The notes under the pieces are model-generated. The model saw nothing but the letters and a program-made list of their open reading frames with translations, searched no databases and was not told the origin of the DNA. A stretch of 64,000 nucleotides of DNA from an uncultured Desulfovibrionaceae bacterium (GTDB lineage Bacteria; Bacillota; Dethiobacteria; DTU022; UBA8154), in assembly GCA_964567295.1 (NCBI GenBank), contig CAZMLU010000003.1, positions 894-64,893 of the forward strand. The letters are read 5' to 3'. Shown here piece by piece: positions 29,123 through 38,542 of the stretch; positions within the stretch are counted from its first letter, which is position 1, and every line of letters begins with the position of its first letter. Position numbers and translations under genes: made by a program.

Positions 29123-29394
29123 TTCAACCACAAAGGGCTTGCCGCAAAGTTTGATGCTGAGGCCGACAGGCTGCCATTTTTGCCTGTGGCCTCAATTAAT
29201 ATTAGTAAGATTAATATCAAACCGGGAACCAGGCAGGGCTTGTGAGTCAGTTCCCTTACCCATTTACCCTGCTCGGTTCTTCCATCGGGATAGCTCATGC
29301 TGCCTTCACCATGCGCAAAACCGGTCTTCAGCTCACCGGCATATTCTGAACCATCAGGTAAAACTATGGTCCCTTCTCCGTCTAAGTCCCTTCC

Positions 29395-29853
29395 TTACAT
29401 TACCTGGTACAAATACTGATCGAGGATTACAGAAATAAAGACCCCTGCAACAGCCGAGAAAAGAACCGCCACGATAAGCAGGATTACTGTCCAAATCAAA
29501 GCAGCAGCAGCAAGGTTTTTCTGGTTTTTGTTTTTACTGCTCAGGGTCCATACGATCATCATAATGATATTAACCACAGGAATGCCAAATACAAAAAGCA
29601 TGAGAAAATAAGTCCCTATCCCCAAAGGCCGGGTGCTATCATCATCGACAGCTTCAGCCCGGGCGTTAGCATTAACGGGCGGGGTAGCAGCAGCCTGTCG
29701 GGCCTCCGGTGATGGAGGCTCTGCCGTCTGATTTTGGGTTTCTGAGACATTCATTTGCTCCGAACCCCCTCCTGCTTCTTCAATGTGAGCCCCACATTCT
29801 TGGCAAAATGAAGCTTCCGGGCCAACCTCTGCTTGACAATTTTGACATTTCAT
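29395..29853 (-). CDS. zinc-ribbon domain membrane protein
   Basis: MKCQNCQAEV...CQECG zinc ribbon, Pro/Ala-rich linker, two TM helices; RBS AGGAGGAG before ATG; in-frame ORF continues past the TAA stop (see findings). Confidence 0.6.
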   Translation of the reverse strand: MKCQNCQAEVGPEASFCQECGAHIEEAGGGSEQMNVSETQNQTAEPPSPEARQAAATPPVNANARAEAVDDDSTRPLGIGTYFLMLFVFGIPVVNIIMMIVWTLSSKNKNQKNLAAAALIWTVILLIVAVLFSAVAGVFISVILDQYLYQVM

Positions 29854-30038
29854 AGTCTCTCCTCCTCTTAAAATGATATTTGTGCCCTTCTCCTCAAACA
29901 TACCCTTTGATGCAGAACAATATGCATTATCGGCCTGAAATTGCACCCCCCTTCTTTGCAAACGGGAATATCCTTCTCCCGCCAAAGGATTTTCATAATA
30001 TATGTAGAACTATAGAAATAATTGAGGTGACCAAGCGA

Positions 30039-30593
30039 ATGATTTTGAAATCCCATGAACAAATCAAAGTAAAGCATAAACAAAGTGGACGAAACGCAGA
30101 AGCTTCTATTATAAATACAGATGGAAAAGAGTTTTCCCTGCTCCTGTTATCTGCTTTAGAGCTTTTCCCAGGCGATGAGATCGAGCTGGAATTTTTTTGG
30201 TGGGACAACACTTCATACATTGTTCAGGCAAATGTGATCGAAACTGATGCAAATATGGTACATGTACTGCAGGATAGAGAAAACTTGTGCCGTATGCAGC
30301 GCAGAAAATTCCAGAGGATACTATCAAATGCAAAAGTCGAGTTTGTTCTGCTACCCGAGAAAGACCCCCAAACCTTACAAGAAGGTTATATCCAAGATAT
30401 ATCCAGGAACGGGCTTCGTCTTTCCGTAAAGAAACCCCTAGAGATAGGCAGCAAGCTTTACCTCATGTTCGAAGATGCCCCCTGTAATGAAACAAATTTC
30501 ACTGTCGCAGTCAACGGCAAAGTGGTGCGGAAGGAAGGCAAAAAATGCTATGGAATTAAATTCGACAGTCCGCTTCCTTTTGCGGTTGAGTAA
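30039..30593 (+). CDS. PilZ-domain protein
   Basis: RRKFQRI ... DISRNGLRL motifs (RxxxR / DxSxxG c-di-GMP binding); RBS GAGGTGA. Confidence 0.6.
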   Translation: MILKSHEQIKVKHKQSGRNAEASIINTDGKEFSLLLLSALELFPGDEIELEFFWWDNTSYIVQANVIETDANMVHVLQDRENLCRMQRRKFQRILSNAKVEFVLLPEKDPQTLQEGYIQDISRNGLRLSVKKPLEIGSKLYLMFEDAPCNETNFTVAVNGKVVRKEGKKCYGIKFDSPLPFAVE

Positions 30594-30781
30594 TAATATT
30601 ACAACCCTTCACTTAAACGCTTCTTGGCAACCAGGAGCGGACTGAGTCCTGCTGTATCGGTCATAATAACAACGAAGAGAACTTTTGCTAAATTTCGACA
30701 ACAAGCATTATAATTCCTTCCTGCCGCTGCCTCTTTTTTACAAAAATAGCATCTTTTCTTCTCTGCTGCTTCAGTATAAGC

Positions 30782-31516
30782 TCAAGAGATCCAGTTGCGG
30801 TTAACCTTGTAAATGCTATACCAAAACAAGAAACCACTGAAACCTATTAAAATTAAAAAGGCGAGGGGAACGGAAAGGTGCCCGTTACCGTTAACGGCTG
30901 TTTTTAAAAGATCCACTCCATAAGTTAAAGGCAGGGCATAGGATAAAGGCTGCACCACCACCGGCAGATCCTGGATAGGAATGAAAAGTCCGCAGAGGAA
31001 AAGCATGGGGAAGCGGAAAAAGTTTGAAAAGGTCTGTGCTTCAAATACCTGGGATACGGAAACGGCAACAAATAACCCCAGGAAAGTAGAAGTAATGGCG
31101 ATAAACAAAACACTGCCCAGGACTATCAGCCAGTTAATACCGCTCAAATCCGTTAGAAACGAAGCAAAAAGGACGGGAATGAAAGCATTCACTACGCCGA
31201 AAGAGATGGCACCGGAGGTCTTGGATATCATTAAGAGGTTCAGGCTTATAGGAGCCAGCAAGAGGCGTTCAAAGGAACGGGCTTTTCTTTCAAAAGTTAT
31301 AGTTACCGCCAGCATGGATGTGGTCCCGAACAGGATAGACAAAGCTATTACCCCCGGCAGCAGATCACGAACCTCTACGGGAACAGGAGAGCGCAAGAAA
31401 AACATCAAGGTCCAGGCAATGGGAAAAATTCAACCCCAGCTTATATTCGGTGGTTTCAAATAATAGCTGCGCATATCCTTGGCTAGAATACTGGTGAAAG
31501 CTATCCAGGATTTCAT
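30782..31516 (-). pseudogene. ABC-2 type transporter permease with in-frame TGA at ~31430-31432
   Basis: N-terminal 28 codons (MKSWIAFTSILAKDMRSYYLKPPNISWG) are in frame with ORF 30782-31408 across a single TGA; ATG overlaps ATPase stop (ATGA); total 244 codons = typical ABC-2 permease. Confidence 0.6.
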
Positions 31517-32502
31517 GAAAGGATCTCCTTCTGATTTTGTATTTTTTTAAGTTCTATCCCCGTCACCTTTACAAAGACCTCCTCCAGGGAGGGACGCAAG
31601 ATCTTGGCTTCGTATACAGGCAACCCGTTTTCTTCAAAAAAACGCACCAGGGGAAGCAGCGTAAAAGTAGACGGCGAATGGATACTCACCCCGTTACCGT
31701 TCACCCTCTTAAAATCATATCCCGGAAATTGCCCTTTAAAATCCTCCTCAATCTTCGAAAAATCAGCACCCAGAGTAAAATGTACTATGTTATCGCCCTG
31801 CGCTTTTTGCATGAGCTCTTCTACAGTGCCTTCTTCCACAATTTTCCCTTCCACGATAAAAGCCAGACGCCCGCAGAGCCTCTCTGCCTCTTCGATGTAA
31901 TGAGTGGTCAGGAAAATGGTGGTACCCTTTTGGTTCAAGTCAAAGATAAGGCTGCGAATCTGGCGGGCACTTGGAACATCGATGCCCGTAGTAGGCTCAT
32001 CCAGAAATAAAATCTGGGGCTCATGGATTAATCCCGCCGCTATAGTCAGCTTCCTTTTCATGCCTTTGGAGTAGGCCTTGAAAGGTTTTTGGGCGGCTTC
32101 GGAAAGGGCAAACTGTTCCAGGAGCTTCTCAGCCCTTTTTTGCCGTGCCCTCTTCTCCATGCCATATAGAGCACCGCAAAATGAAAGGTTTTCAAACCCG
32201 CTCAGCTCCTCCCAAAGATTGCTCTCGTCAGGCACGATACCCATCAAGGCCTGCGCCTTTTGGGGGCGGCTGGTATAATCTTCACCCAAAAGCTTCACCC
32301 TGCCGGAGGTAATGCGGGCCAGTCCTGTAAGCATATTAATGGTAGTAGTCTTCCCCGCCCCGTTAGGACCCAGAAAACCAAATATCTCCCCTTTGTTGAT
32401 ATGAAAGCTAACTCCGTCCACGGCGGTGAAGCCGTTAAAATTCTTCTTCAGATTTTCACCTCGATAATAACCAACGAAATTAGTCACCTCTTTTTCAAAC
32501 AT
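31513..32502 (-). CDS. ABC transporter ATP-binding protein (DrrA/ABC-2 type)
   Basis: Walker A GPNGAGKTT, signature YSKGMKRKL, Walker B ILFLDEPT. Confidence 0.85.
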   Translation of the reverse strand: MFEKEVTNFVGYYRGENLKKNFNGFTAVDGVSFHINKGEIFGFLGPNGAGKTTTINMLTGLARITSGRVKLLGEDYTSRPQKAQALMGIVPDESNLWEELSGFENLSFCGALYGMEKRARQKRAEKLLEQFALSEAAQKPFKAYSKGMKRKLTIAAGLIHEPQILFLDEPTTGIDVPSARQIRSLIFDLNQKGTTIFLTTHYIEEAERLCGRLAFIVEGKIVEEGTVEELMQKAQGDNIVHFTLGADFSKIEEDFKGQFPGYDFKRVNGNGVSIHSPSTFTLLPLVRFFEENGLPVYEAKILRPSLEEVFVKVTGIELKKIQNQKEILS

Positions 32503-32665
32503 CCCTAACGGTCATTCAACTATCGGGAATGAACAGGGGATATTTATCAAAATAAAAAGCGGCGTGGTCGCTGCTTTTTCTGAAGGAGTCCAGCAATAGC
32601 AGGATCACCTCAGCGCTTCGCTACCGAACGCCGGCTTTTTTTCAAAGTTAACACCTTTTCCCTGC

Positions 32666-33139
32666 CTACTCTTCCTTCTCACAGCAGTGGTCTTTTTCTG
32701 AGCCGTGACACTTTTCGATCTGCTCATGCGTGCATTCTTCGGGCTTGGTCTTCAACTGATCCGGCTGTTGACAGCAATCTTTACACATCTGCAGCACCCT
32801 CCTTTCCGAGTCTGTTTCTTTTCCCTTCTGTCGCAAACAAATATATGCTTCCCTGCCAGTGGCCTCCGCCATTTCTTGCAGGAAATGGGCTGCGTTCTTC
32901 AGCGGCTCCCTTTCTACTTTGTAATGAGTCCAGTAGCCCCGCTTCTCTCCTTTGATCAATCCGGCTTCTCTGAGCAATTTTAAGTGTTGGGAGACGGCGG
33001 GCTTGGAAAAATTCAAATAGCGGGCCAGAGCACCCACACAGAGATCACTCTCCAAGAGGAGCCCGATGATCTGTAAACGGGTTTCATCACCCAAAATCTT
33101 GAATAAACTGCTCGCTTCGGCGCCTCTTTTAGAACTCAT
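32666..33139 (-). CDS. ArsR/SmtB-family metalloregulator with Cys/His-rich C-terminal tail
   Basis: wHTH (CVGALARYLNFSKPAVSQHLKLL); C-terminal CKDCC...CTHEQIEKCHGSEKDHCCEKEE. Confidence 0.8.
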   Translation of the reverse strand: MSSKRGAEASSLFKILGDETRLQIIGLLLESDLCVGALARYLNFSKPAVSQHLKLLREAGLIKGEKRGYWTHYKVEREPLKNAAHFLQEMAEATGREAYICLRQKGKETDSERRVLQMCKDCCQQPDQLKTKPEECTHEQIEKCHGSEKDHCCEKEE

Positions 33140-33481
33140 AACAATAAAACCTCAATCTGGTCCGTATTGGAGTTAATGCTATTCTAAATTTATTTAAAGT
33201 ATTACTTAAATGGATTATAACATACTTAAATAATTTGTGCAATTACTTTTCTGCAGACGCTTTAGAAAAAACACGAGGGGAAAAACAAAAAGGACTGAGA
33301 AAGAACGGAAGGCCCCTGCAGAAATAGTATGTCGAGGCTCAGCTGCAGGGGCCTTCCGTTGATAATCTGATACATGGCAAGCATTTCAGGAAAACCGTAT
33401 TTTACCGGTATGAAGCGGGCGCATTGAAACTTCATCTCGGTCCCGCTGCTCTGGGATATGGGACGCAAACTCCCGATCGGG

Positions 33482-33925
33482 CTATTTCTCCCAGAGGGGA
33501 AGTCCCGTTTGTCCATCATAGCCGCGGTTCAACTCGGGACCGCCGAGTTCCTCGATCACAGCTTCCCCGGCAAATACAATGGTCCCGGGCATAAGGTGCC
33601 CTCCCACAGTAAACCCGTAGGAATTGCCCAGGGTGAGGTGCATATGCACCTTGTGGACCCCATCTCTCATGCTCAGGTTGCCGGTGCAGTGCAGAATCTC
33701 CAGGGGCTCGTCAAACTCCAGGGAGTTGTATTCTCTTTGGTGCTGATCATAAAAGCCCACCATCGCTTTTTTTACCGCGCCGATTACTACCCCATAGCCA
33801 ACCCTGATCCCCTGTTCTTTTGCGAACTCCTCCAGTGCTTGCAGCAGATCTGCCTCAAAAGGCAGCCTGGCCACCCATTTTCGACCCGTCCGGTATTCGT
33901 GCTGTAAATACATGGTTGTTTCCAT
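33482..33925 (-). CDS. PPC-domain (DUF296) protein
   Basis: 147 aa; pattern GxxxGxGxVKKAMVGF...EILHCTGNLS...HMHLTL...GGHLMPGTIVF typical of PPC domain. Confidence 0.6.
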   Translation of the reverse strand: METTMYLQHEYRTGRKWVARLPFEADLLQALEEFAKEQGIRVGYGVVIGAVKKAMVGFYDQHQREYNSLEFDEPLEILHCTGNLSMRDGVHKVHMHLTLGNSYGFTVGGHLMPGTIVFAGEAVIEELGGPELNRGYDGQTGLPLWEK

Positions 33926-34024
33926 CCTTTCCCGTTCTCGCTATAGATTATGTAAAACAATCTCGCCCGGGCTCTGAAGCACCCGCCCCGTTCGGGAAGG
34001 GTGCTTTCTCGGTTTCAGGACCGC

Positions 34025-34684
34025 TCACAAAGGCTTTATGATCTCCGCCCTGTCATTTTGAGGTGAGTTGACAAGGTCAGATACCTGGTAAAGCTCCATG
34101 AATTGAGCCGGATAGGGCCGCAGCAACTCCTGCAAAGTAGACGTATCGGTATCGGCAGCGAGCCAGGCCTCTTCAACGCTTCTCTCCAGGATAACAGGCA
34201 TACGTTCATGAACGGTCTCCACCAGCCTGTTGGCATAAGTTGTGATAATAGCGCAGGAACGTATAGTTTCCCCCTCGGAAGAACTCCATTCCTCCCACAA
34301 CCCGGCAAAAGCAAACAGTTCGCCGCCCTTCAAGGAAATCCTGTAGGGTCTTTTGCGTTTCTCTCCTTTTTTCCACTCGTAGAAACCATCGGCCGGAATC
34401 AGGCAGCGCTTATTTTTAAAGCTTTCTTTAAAGCTGGGTTTTTTATGCACCGTCTCCGCCCTGGCATTGATCATCTTCTTTGAGGGAGCTACGGTCCTGG
34501 CCCAAAATGGTATCAACCCCCACTTGAAGGGGCGGGCTTGATGTTCATCCTCCTCACCGCGAGTGATTGCCAGGATCTCTTGGGAAGGCGCAATATTGTA
34601 ACGGGGCATCACGTAATCCGGCAGGTAGATTTTGAAGCGCACCTCAAGTCCCAATATATCGAACAGAGAAAACCTTCCACACAT
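34025..34684 (-). CDS. SOS-response-associated peptidase (SRAP/YedK family) abasic-site processing protein
   Basis: starts MCGRF (catalytic Cys2) with RBS GAGGGTG 6 nt upstream; the GTG 9 nt further up has no spacer to the RBS. Confidence 0.8.
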   Translation of the reverse strand: MCGRFSLFDILGLEVRFKIYLPDYVMPRYNIAPSQEILAITRGEEDEHQARPFKWGLIPFWARTVAPSKKMINARAETVHKKPSFKESFKNKRCLIPADGFYEWKKGEKRKRPYRISLKGGELFAFAGLWEEWSSSEGETIRSCAIITTYANRLVETVHERMPVILERSVEEAWLAADTDTSTLQELLRPYPAQFMELYQVSDLVNSPQNDRAEIIKPL

Positions 34685-34928
34685 CCTGAACACCCTCTCT
34701 AACGGGTCTTACCCCTGGGAAAATACTGGAATATCTCTCCAGCCATGCTCTGGATAGGCATGGTCTGGAGCCAGGCCTTAAAAACAAGCTTCTCACACAA
34801 AAAAATTATACCACTATTTGGGGGAAATTGAAAATATCAATCCATTATGTTATGCTTACCATAATTACTCTTAGAAAAAAGTAATAATCAGGATAACTAT
34901 TTATTTCGACTGCAAAGGAGGAACAGCC

Positions 34929-35723
34929 GTGTCCAAAATTACTGTGGCCGTAAGCGGAGCCTGTGGCCGTATGGGAAGAGAAGTATGCCGCGCTGTGCTG
35001 GAGGACAACCAGCTGGAACTGGTGGGCGCCCTGGATGTTGAAAATAAGGGCAAGGACATCGGAATTATAGTAGCCGGTAAGGAGTTAGGCCTGCCGGTGG
35101 AAGAGCTTACGGAAGAGTTTCTAAAATATAGAGCGCCCATGGTGATGGTGGATTTTTCCACTCCGTTGAGCGTGCGATCCAATACGGATCTGGCCATTAG
35201 CTGCGGCGTACGGCCCGTGGTAGGAACTACAGGGCTCGCCTCCGAGGACCTGGAACGTTGGGGCTCCTTGTTGAAAGAAGCAGGGCTCGGTGGAATCATA
35301 GCTCCTAATTTTGCGCTGGGCGCTGTTCTGATGATGAAGTTTTCCGCCCTGGCAGCTCGCTATCTGCCCCAAGCTGAAATAATAGAGCTACACCATGATA
35401 ACAAGATAGACGCTCCCTCCGGAACGGCTATCAAAACAGCAGAGATGATCGCCGGCGGGCGAGAAAAGGAACCGGCTGAAAAAGAAGAACTGCTAAAGCT
35501 TCAGGGGGCCAGGGGTGGAGTAAAGAATGGAATACATATTCACAGCGTCCGCTTAAACGGGCTTATTGCTCATCAAGAGGTCATTTTTGGGGGGACAGGT
35601 CAAACCCTTACTATACGCCATGATTCCTACGACCGGCGCTCCTTTATGCCGGGGGTGATCCTTGCTGTAAAAAAAGTTATCCAAGTTGAAGGGCTCATCT
35701 ATGGCTTGGATAATCTAATATAG
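34929..35723 (+). CDS. dapB: 4-hydroxy-tetrahydrodipicolinate reductase
   Basis: VAVSGACGRMGREV NAD(P)-binding motif, DapB C-terminal domain; GTG start after AAAGGAGG. Confidence 0.85.
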   Translation: MSKITVAVSGACGRMGREVCRAVLEDNQLELVGALDVENKGKDIGIIVAGKELGLPVEELTEEFLKYRAPMVMVDFSTPLSVRSNTDLAISCGVRPVVGTTGLASEDLERWGSLLKEAGLGGIIAPNFALGAVLMMKFSALAARYLPQAEIIELHHDNKIDAPSGTAIKTAEMIAGGREKEPAEKEELLKLQGARGGVKNGIHIHSVRLNGLIAHQEVIFGGTGQTLTIRHDSYDRRSFMPGVILAVKKVIQVEGLIYGLDNLI

Positions 35724-35773
35724 TTAACAATTATTTCAAATCCTAAACCGCGAGGCAAACAAGGGGTGAAAAA

Positions 35774-36481
35774 ATGTCCAAGAGTAACTGGTGGATCGGG
35801 GCAGTTTTGATTGTGTTGGGGGTCCTGGTGTTACTGAACAATCTGGGAGTTACCGGAATTAGTGTGGGGGAACTTATTCACACCTACTGGCCCCTGCTGT
35901 TGATGCTGTGGGGGATCAATATGTTTGCTGCTGGAAGCTGGAGTGGCGGAAACCTGCTTTCAGGAGGAGTATTACTGATTATTGGTGTAATATTACAAGG
36001 GAGGAACCTGGGAGTTCTGGATTTCAGCATGAACCAGTTTTTACAGTTCTTCTGGCCAGTAGTGCTCATCTTGGCCGGAATCAGTTTGCTGAGGGGTCCT
36101 CTTTCCGGGGGAAAAAATAACATCGCTTTTCTGGGTGGGGTAGAAAGAACCAAAGGCAACTGGAAGCTAGAGGACGGTAACTATTGGGCTTTTATGGGAG
36201 GCGTAGATCTAGACCTTAGGCGGGCCGAGATGGAAGAAAAGGAATACCTGCTGAGTTGCACCGCCGTAATGGGAGGTATTGATATAATAGTTCCGCCAAA
36301 TCTGACCGTGATCTGCGACGGAACTGCCATTCTGGGGGGAGTAGAATTCCTGGGAGAAGGCAGCGGTGGAATAGTCGGTTCCTCTTCTGCCAGTCAAAAA
36401 GCAGGAGAACCCGGCGGAACAGTGGTAAAGATCTATGGCAGAGTTTTCATGGGCGGAATCGAAGTCCAGGCAAAAGAATAA
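35774..36481 (+). CDS. LiaF-like cell-wall-active-antibiotic response membrane protein (DUF2154)
   Basis: 4 TM N-terminal region, then GG[VI]xL/MGG[VI]D repeat-rich C-terminal domain. Confidence 0.55.
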   Translation: MSKSNWWIGAVLIVLGVLVLLNNLGVTGISVGELIHTYWPLLLMLWGINMFAAGSWSGGNLLSGGVLLIIGVILQGRNLGVLDFSMNQFLQFFWPVVLILAGISLLRGPLSGGKNNIAFLGGVERTKGNWKLEDGNYWAFMGGVDLDLRRAEMEEKEYLLSCTAVMGGIDIIVPPNLTVICDGTAILGGVEFLGEGSGGIVGSSSASQKAGEPGGTVVKIYGRVFMGGIEVQAKE

Positions 36482-36515
36482 AGTATAAAAAGTTCGAACT
36501 GTTAACTCCAGCCTT

Positions 36516-37319
36516 TTACCGTGCACCCCGGAGGTTTTTAAACCATTCCAGGCAAAAATCCACCGTTTCAACGTGTTTGCGAAGCTGATGCCCTGCGCCG
36601 GCCATCATCTGCAAAGTTTTGGGATGGCCGGCTTCCTCATAAAGCCGGTTGGCATGGTAAGTAGGGATCAACTCATCTTCCGTACCATGAACGATAAGCA
36701 GGGGGCGTGGAGCTATACGGTCAACCTTCTGCAAGGGATTAACAGAAAGCAGATTTTCAAGCCATTTTTCCGGCAAGGGAGGAAAATTTGGGTCTCGGAA
36801 AAGGCCCACATTCCTGAAACGGTCAATAATCTGCGGCAGTTCTTCTCGCGGGAAAAGAGAATGAAACTCTGCTGGACATGCTGCCAGGGCCACCCCTTTT
36901 ACCATCTCTTCTTCTTCGGCTACACAGGAAACTACCGCCGCACCCGCGCTGAAACCCCACAGGTAAAAACCATCTTGGGCTTTTCCATCCACACTCTTCC
37001 AGTAATCCAGAAAAGCAGCAAGATCCCTGACCCATCCTTTAAGATCAAAGTTTCCCTGGCTCGCCCCTGTACCACGAAAATTGAAATGGAAGGTGGTAAA
37101 CCCTTCCTCTGCGCAGCGCCGAGCTAATCCGGGATAGCCTTCGTCTTCTTCCCTCCGAGCCTCTTCTTCAGGAGAAGTTTCTCCCCGGGGAATACCGTGG
37201 CAGAGGATTAGCATAGGTTTTTTCAGCTCCACAGAAGATGAAACTTTTTCTGGCGCTTCATATAACCAACCCTTGAGCATCACCCCATCAAGCTTTAGCT
37301 GGATCTCTTTGCCAAGCAT
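36516..37319 (-). CDS. alpha/beta hydrolase
   Basis: GFSAG nucleophile elbow, HGxxD; start at ATG with RBS GGGAGGT (ORF extends to 37388). Confidence 0.65.
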   Translation of the reverse strand: MLGKEIQLKLDGVMLKGWLYEAPEKVSSSVELKKPMLILCHGIPRGETSPEEEARREEDEGYPGLARRCAEEGFTTFHFNFRGTGASQGNFDLKGWVRDLAAFLDYWKSVDGKAQDGFYLWGFSAGAAVVSCVAEEEEMVKGVALAACPAEFHSLFPREELPQIIDRFRNVGLFRDPNFPPLPEKWLENLLSVNPLQKVDRIAPRPLLIVHGTEDELIPTYHANRLYEEAGHPKTLQMMAGAGHQLRKHVETVDFCLEWFKNLRGAR

Positions 37320-37469
37320 CGCCGTTCTACCTCCCTTGCCGACCAAAAAGTTGTTTGCTTTTATCATCCTGAAGCGACTATAAAGCATAGGGATTAACGA
37401 AGCTGGCCTATAGTTCAGTTACACCGGGCCAGCTTCGTTAATTTACCGGGTTTAAAAAAGTGTTTAGTT

Positions 37470-38315
37470 TTACTCTTCTGGCTTATCATCCGCTTTGCTT
37501 TCATTTTCTGCGGGGGGCAGTTTTTCTTCTTCCTCGCTACTCCCGCCCTTTGAGCCGGTGCTTATGATTTTGGATACATCCAGAGTTTCAGCCAAGTGGC
37601 GCAGCTCCATAGGCAGGGGGAAAGCAATGATATTGCCAGGCTGCCCGGCGATCTCCGGCAGGGTGCGCAGCAACCTCACAAAGAGCCCTCCTGTCTGGGC
37701 GGAAAGAATTTTGGCAGAATCGGCCAGCTTCTGGGCGGCCTGCTTTTCGCCTTCTGCCTGGATAACGATTGCCCTTCTTTCCCTTTCGGCTGAAGCCTGG
37801 CGAGATATTGCCCGCTGCAATGCTTCCGGTATGACGACATCCTTGATCTCCACCGCGGTCACCTTTACTCCCCAGGGGTCGGTGGCTTCATCCAGGATCT
37901 TCTGAATCCGCTGGTTAAGCTTGTCCCTCTCGGAAAGAAGTTCATCGAGCTCTGCCTGTCCGGCCACACTACGCAGAGTGGTCTGGGACAACTGCCCGGT
38001 CGCCTTTGTGAAATCTTCCACATTGACAATAGCGTTATTGGCATCAATTACCCGGTAATAGATAACCGCGTTCACGCTGGTAGTTACGTTATCTTTGGTG
38101 ATAACTTCTTGAGTGGGCACGTCCGCGGTGATCACCCGCAGGGAAACCCGCACATAACGGTCGATAACTGGTATAAGAACGATCAAGCCCGGGCCTCTGC
38201 TTCCTACCAGGCGCCCCAGCCGGAACACTACCAGCCGCTCATACTCCTTCACCACTTTCAACGCCGCATAAAGGAATAAAATGATAATAACTACAATGGC
38301 AAATGTTGCTTCCAT
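37470..38315 (-). CDS. SPFH/band-7 (stomatin-like) protein
   Basis: N-terminal TM then SPFH domain, coiled-coil, acidic C-terminus. Confidence 0.85.
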   Translation of the reverse strand: MEATFAIVVIIILFLYAALKVVKEYERLVVFRLGRLVGSRGPGLIVLIPVIDRYVRVSLRVITADVPTQEVITKDNVTTSVNAVIYYRVIDANNAIVNVEDFTKATGQLSQTTLRSVAGQAELDELLSERDKLNQRIQKILDEATDPWGVKVTAVEIKDVVIPEALQRAISRQASAERERRAIVIQAEGEKQAAQKLADSAKILSAQTGGLFVRLLRTLPEIAGQPGNIIAFPLPMELRHLAETLDVSKIISTGSKGGSSEEEEKLPPAENESKADDKPEE

Positions 38316-38542
38316 ATTTCTTCCGGCCTCCAGGAGAAATTGGATAACTTACGGAATTTCTCCTTCCGGCTCGGAATCGACACCTCCTTATAAAATAGTC
38401 TTGCCTCTTTTTGAGGTCAGCTTAAGTGGCAGTATGACTGCCTTTTCCTACCATACCATCTCAAACTAAAACCATATGCCCAATCCACCACTGAGCCTTT
38501 GCAAAAATCTTTTCCCCCGGCAATTTTCACCTCTGCTCTTTT

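Noticed and set aside
29139-29175. GGCCGACAGGC-N12-GCCTGTGGCC hairpin after the histidine kinase as a rho-independent terminator
   Set aside because: The stem is plausible but has no flanking U-tract on either strand. It lies inside the open MORN-coding frame, so it may be coincidental. Not annotated as a terminator.
32556-32582. AAAAAGCGGCGTGGTCGCTGCTTTTT between arsR-like gene and ABC ATPase as an internal terminator or attenuator
   Set aside because: The stem has a mismatch and only 5-6 bp. It could modulate read-through, but the evidence is too weak to annotate.
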